NCBI GenBank assembly: GCA_016839785.1
Contig: JAEOTQ010000042.1
Span: 1-15,850, forward strand
DNA length: 15,850 nt
Source: Candidatus Hodarchaeota archaeon
GTDB lineage: Archaea; Asgardarchaeota; Heimdallarchaeia; Hodarchaeales; Hodarchaeaceae
Direction: 5' to 3'
Shown: piece after piece, positions 15,246 to 15,850 of the stretch
Numbering within the stretch: position 1 is the stretch's first letter
Layout: every line of letters starts with the position of its first letter
Made by a program: the position numbers and the translations under genes
The notes under the pieces: generated by a model
The model's database searches: none
Seen by the model: the letters and a program-made list of their open reading frames with translations, nothing else
Told to the model about the DNA's origin: nothing

Positions 15246-15850
15246 ATTTCTTATAGAGCTTATAAATACGAACAGGAATTAAATGCCTTAAAAGCGAAAG
15301 AATCTCCTGATGGGAGTACTTGTTTAATTTCTCTCTATGTTCCCCCAAATCGTGCAATCGCAGATTTTGTGCAAGAACTATCTGATGAAATTGGTACTGC
15401 TACCAATATTAGAAGTAAGTTTACTCAGAAAAACGTTGTTAAGGCTCTACAAAATGTAATTGGGAAGCTCAGGTTATATGGGCATAAAGCCCCAGAATCA
15501 GGAATAGCAATATTTGCGGGTGCAACTGCTGATTCTGGCCATAAGGATTTTAAGTTAGAATCTTATGCATTTGAGCCTAAAGATCCAATTTCACGGAAGC
15601 TGTATGTATGTGATAATCGATTCCATGTTGAACATCTAATCGAAAAACTTGGAGAGAAAGATGTATTTGCACTTTTGGCTATCGACAGTGCTAAAGCCAC
15701 TATTGCGACCTTGCAAGGTGATCGAATCCAAATAATCAAAAGTACACGAAGTGGTGCCGCGAAAAAACATAGAAAAGGGGGACAAAGCAGCGTTCGATAC
15801 GCTAGGTTGCGTGTAGAAGCAATCGCGCGCTATTTAAAGCGCGTAGCTGA
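15246..15850 (+). CDS. prf1: Peptide chain release factor aRF1, N-terminal part (runs off window end; probable ATT start; absent from ORF track)
   Basis: The frame gives SYRAYKYEQELNALK...TCLISLYVPP...GTATNIRS...YVCDNRF...KKHRKGGQS, with NIKS-like, YxCxxxF and GGQ motifs. An in-frame TAA lies at 15216, and AGGAG at 15232-15236 precedes ATT 15246. Confidence 0.92.
   Translation, partial: MSYRAYKYEQELNALKAKESPDGSTCLISLYVPPNRAIADFVQELSDEIGTATNIRSKFTQKNVVKALQNVIGKLRLYGHKAPESGIAIFAGATADSGHKDFKLESYAFEPKDPISRKLYVCDNRFHVEHLIEKLGEKDVFALLAIDSAKATIATLQGDRIQIIKSTRSGAAKKHRKGGQSSVRYARLRVEAIARYLKRVA

Noticed and set aside
1-15850. CRISPR arrays, transposases, integrases, rRNA, selenocysteine/pyrrolysine recoding
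   Set aside because: I saw no repeat-spacer periodicity, mobile-element ORFs, rRNA motifs or in-frame stops within conserved domains.

Overview
AT-rich archaeal chromosome segment. It is most likely from an Asgard archaeon, inferred from a DENN-like protein and a eukaryote-type presenilin sitting among core archaeal genes. Translation and RNA-processing genes dominate: an MtaB/CDKAL1-type methylthiotransferase, TrmJ, eL40 (missed by the ORF track), RtcA, Rpp21, Sm, eL37 and aRF1. Other genes are prs, thiL, pyrH, a UbiA/DGGGP synthase, CutA, a partial MFS transporter, a degenerate MazG-like protein and a divergent ureohydrolase-fold protein. There are four tRNA genes. tRNA-Gly(GCC) is intronless. 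tRNA-Leu(TAA) and tRNA-Glu(TTC) each carry two BHB introns. tRNA-Phe(GAA) appears to carry four BHB introns (15/16, 22/23, 37/38, 59/60). Two ~260-nt ORF-free intergenic segments (6895-7156 and 12857-13132) fold by eye into end-closed, pseudoknotted structures and are candidate undescribed ncRNAs; the first has an RNase P/MRP-like helix order. The aRF1 gene has no canonical start codon and seems to begin at ATT, downstream of an ATG-GAG-TAA mini-ORF. All calls come from manual reading; no searches or folding programs were run.
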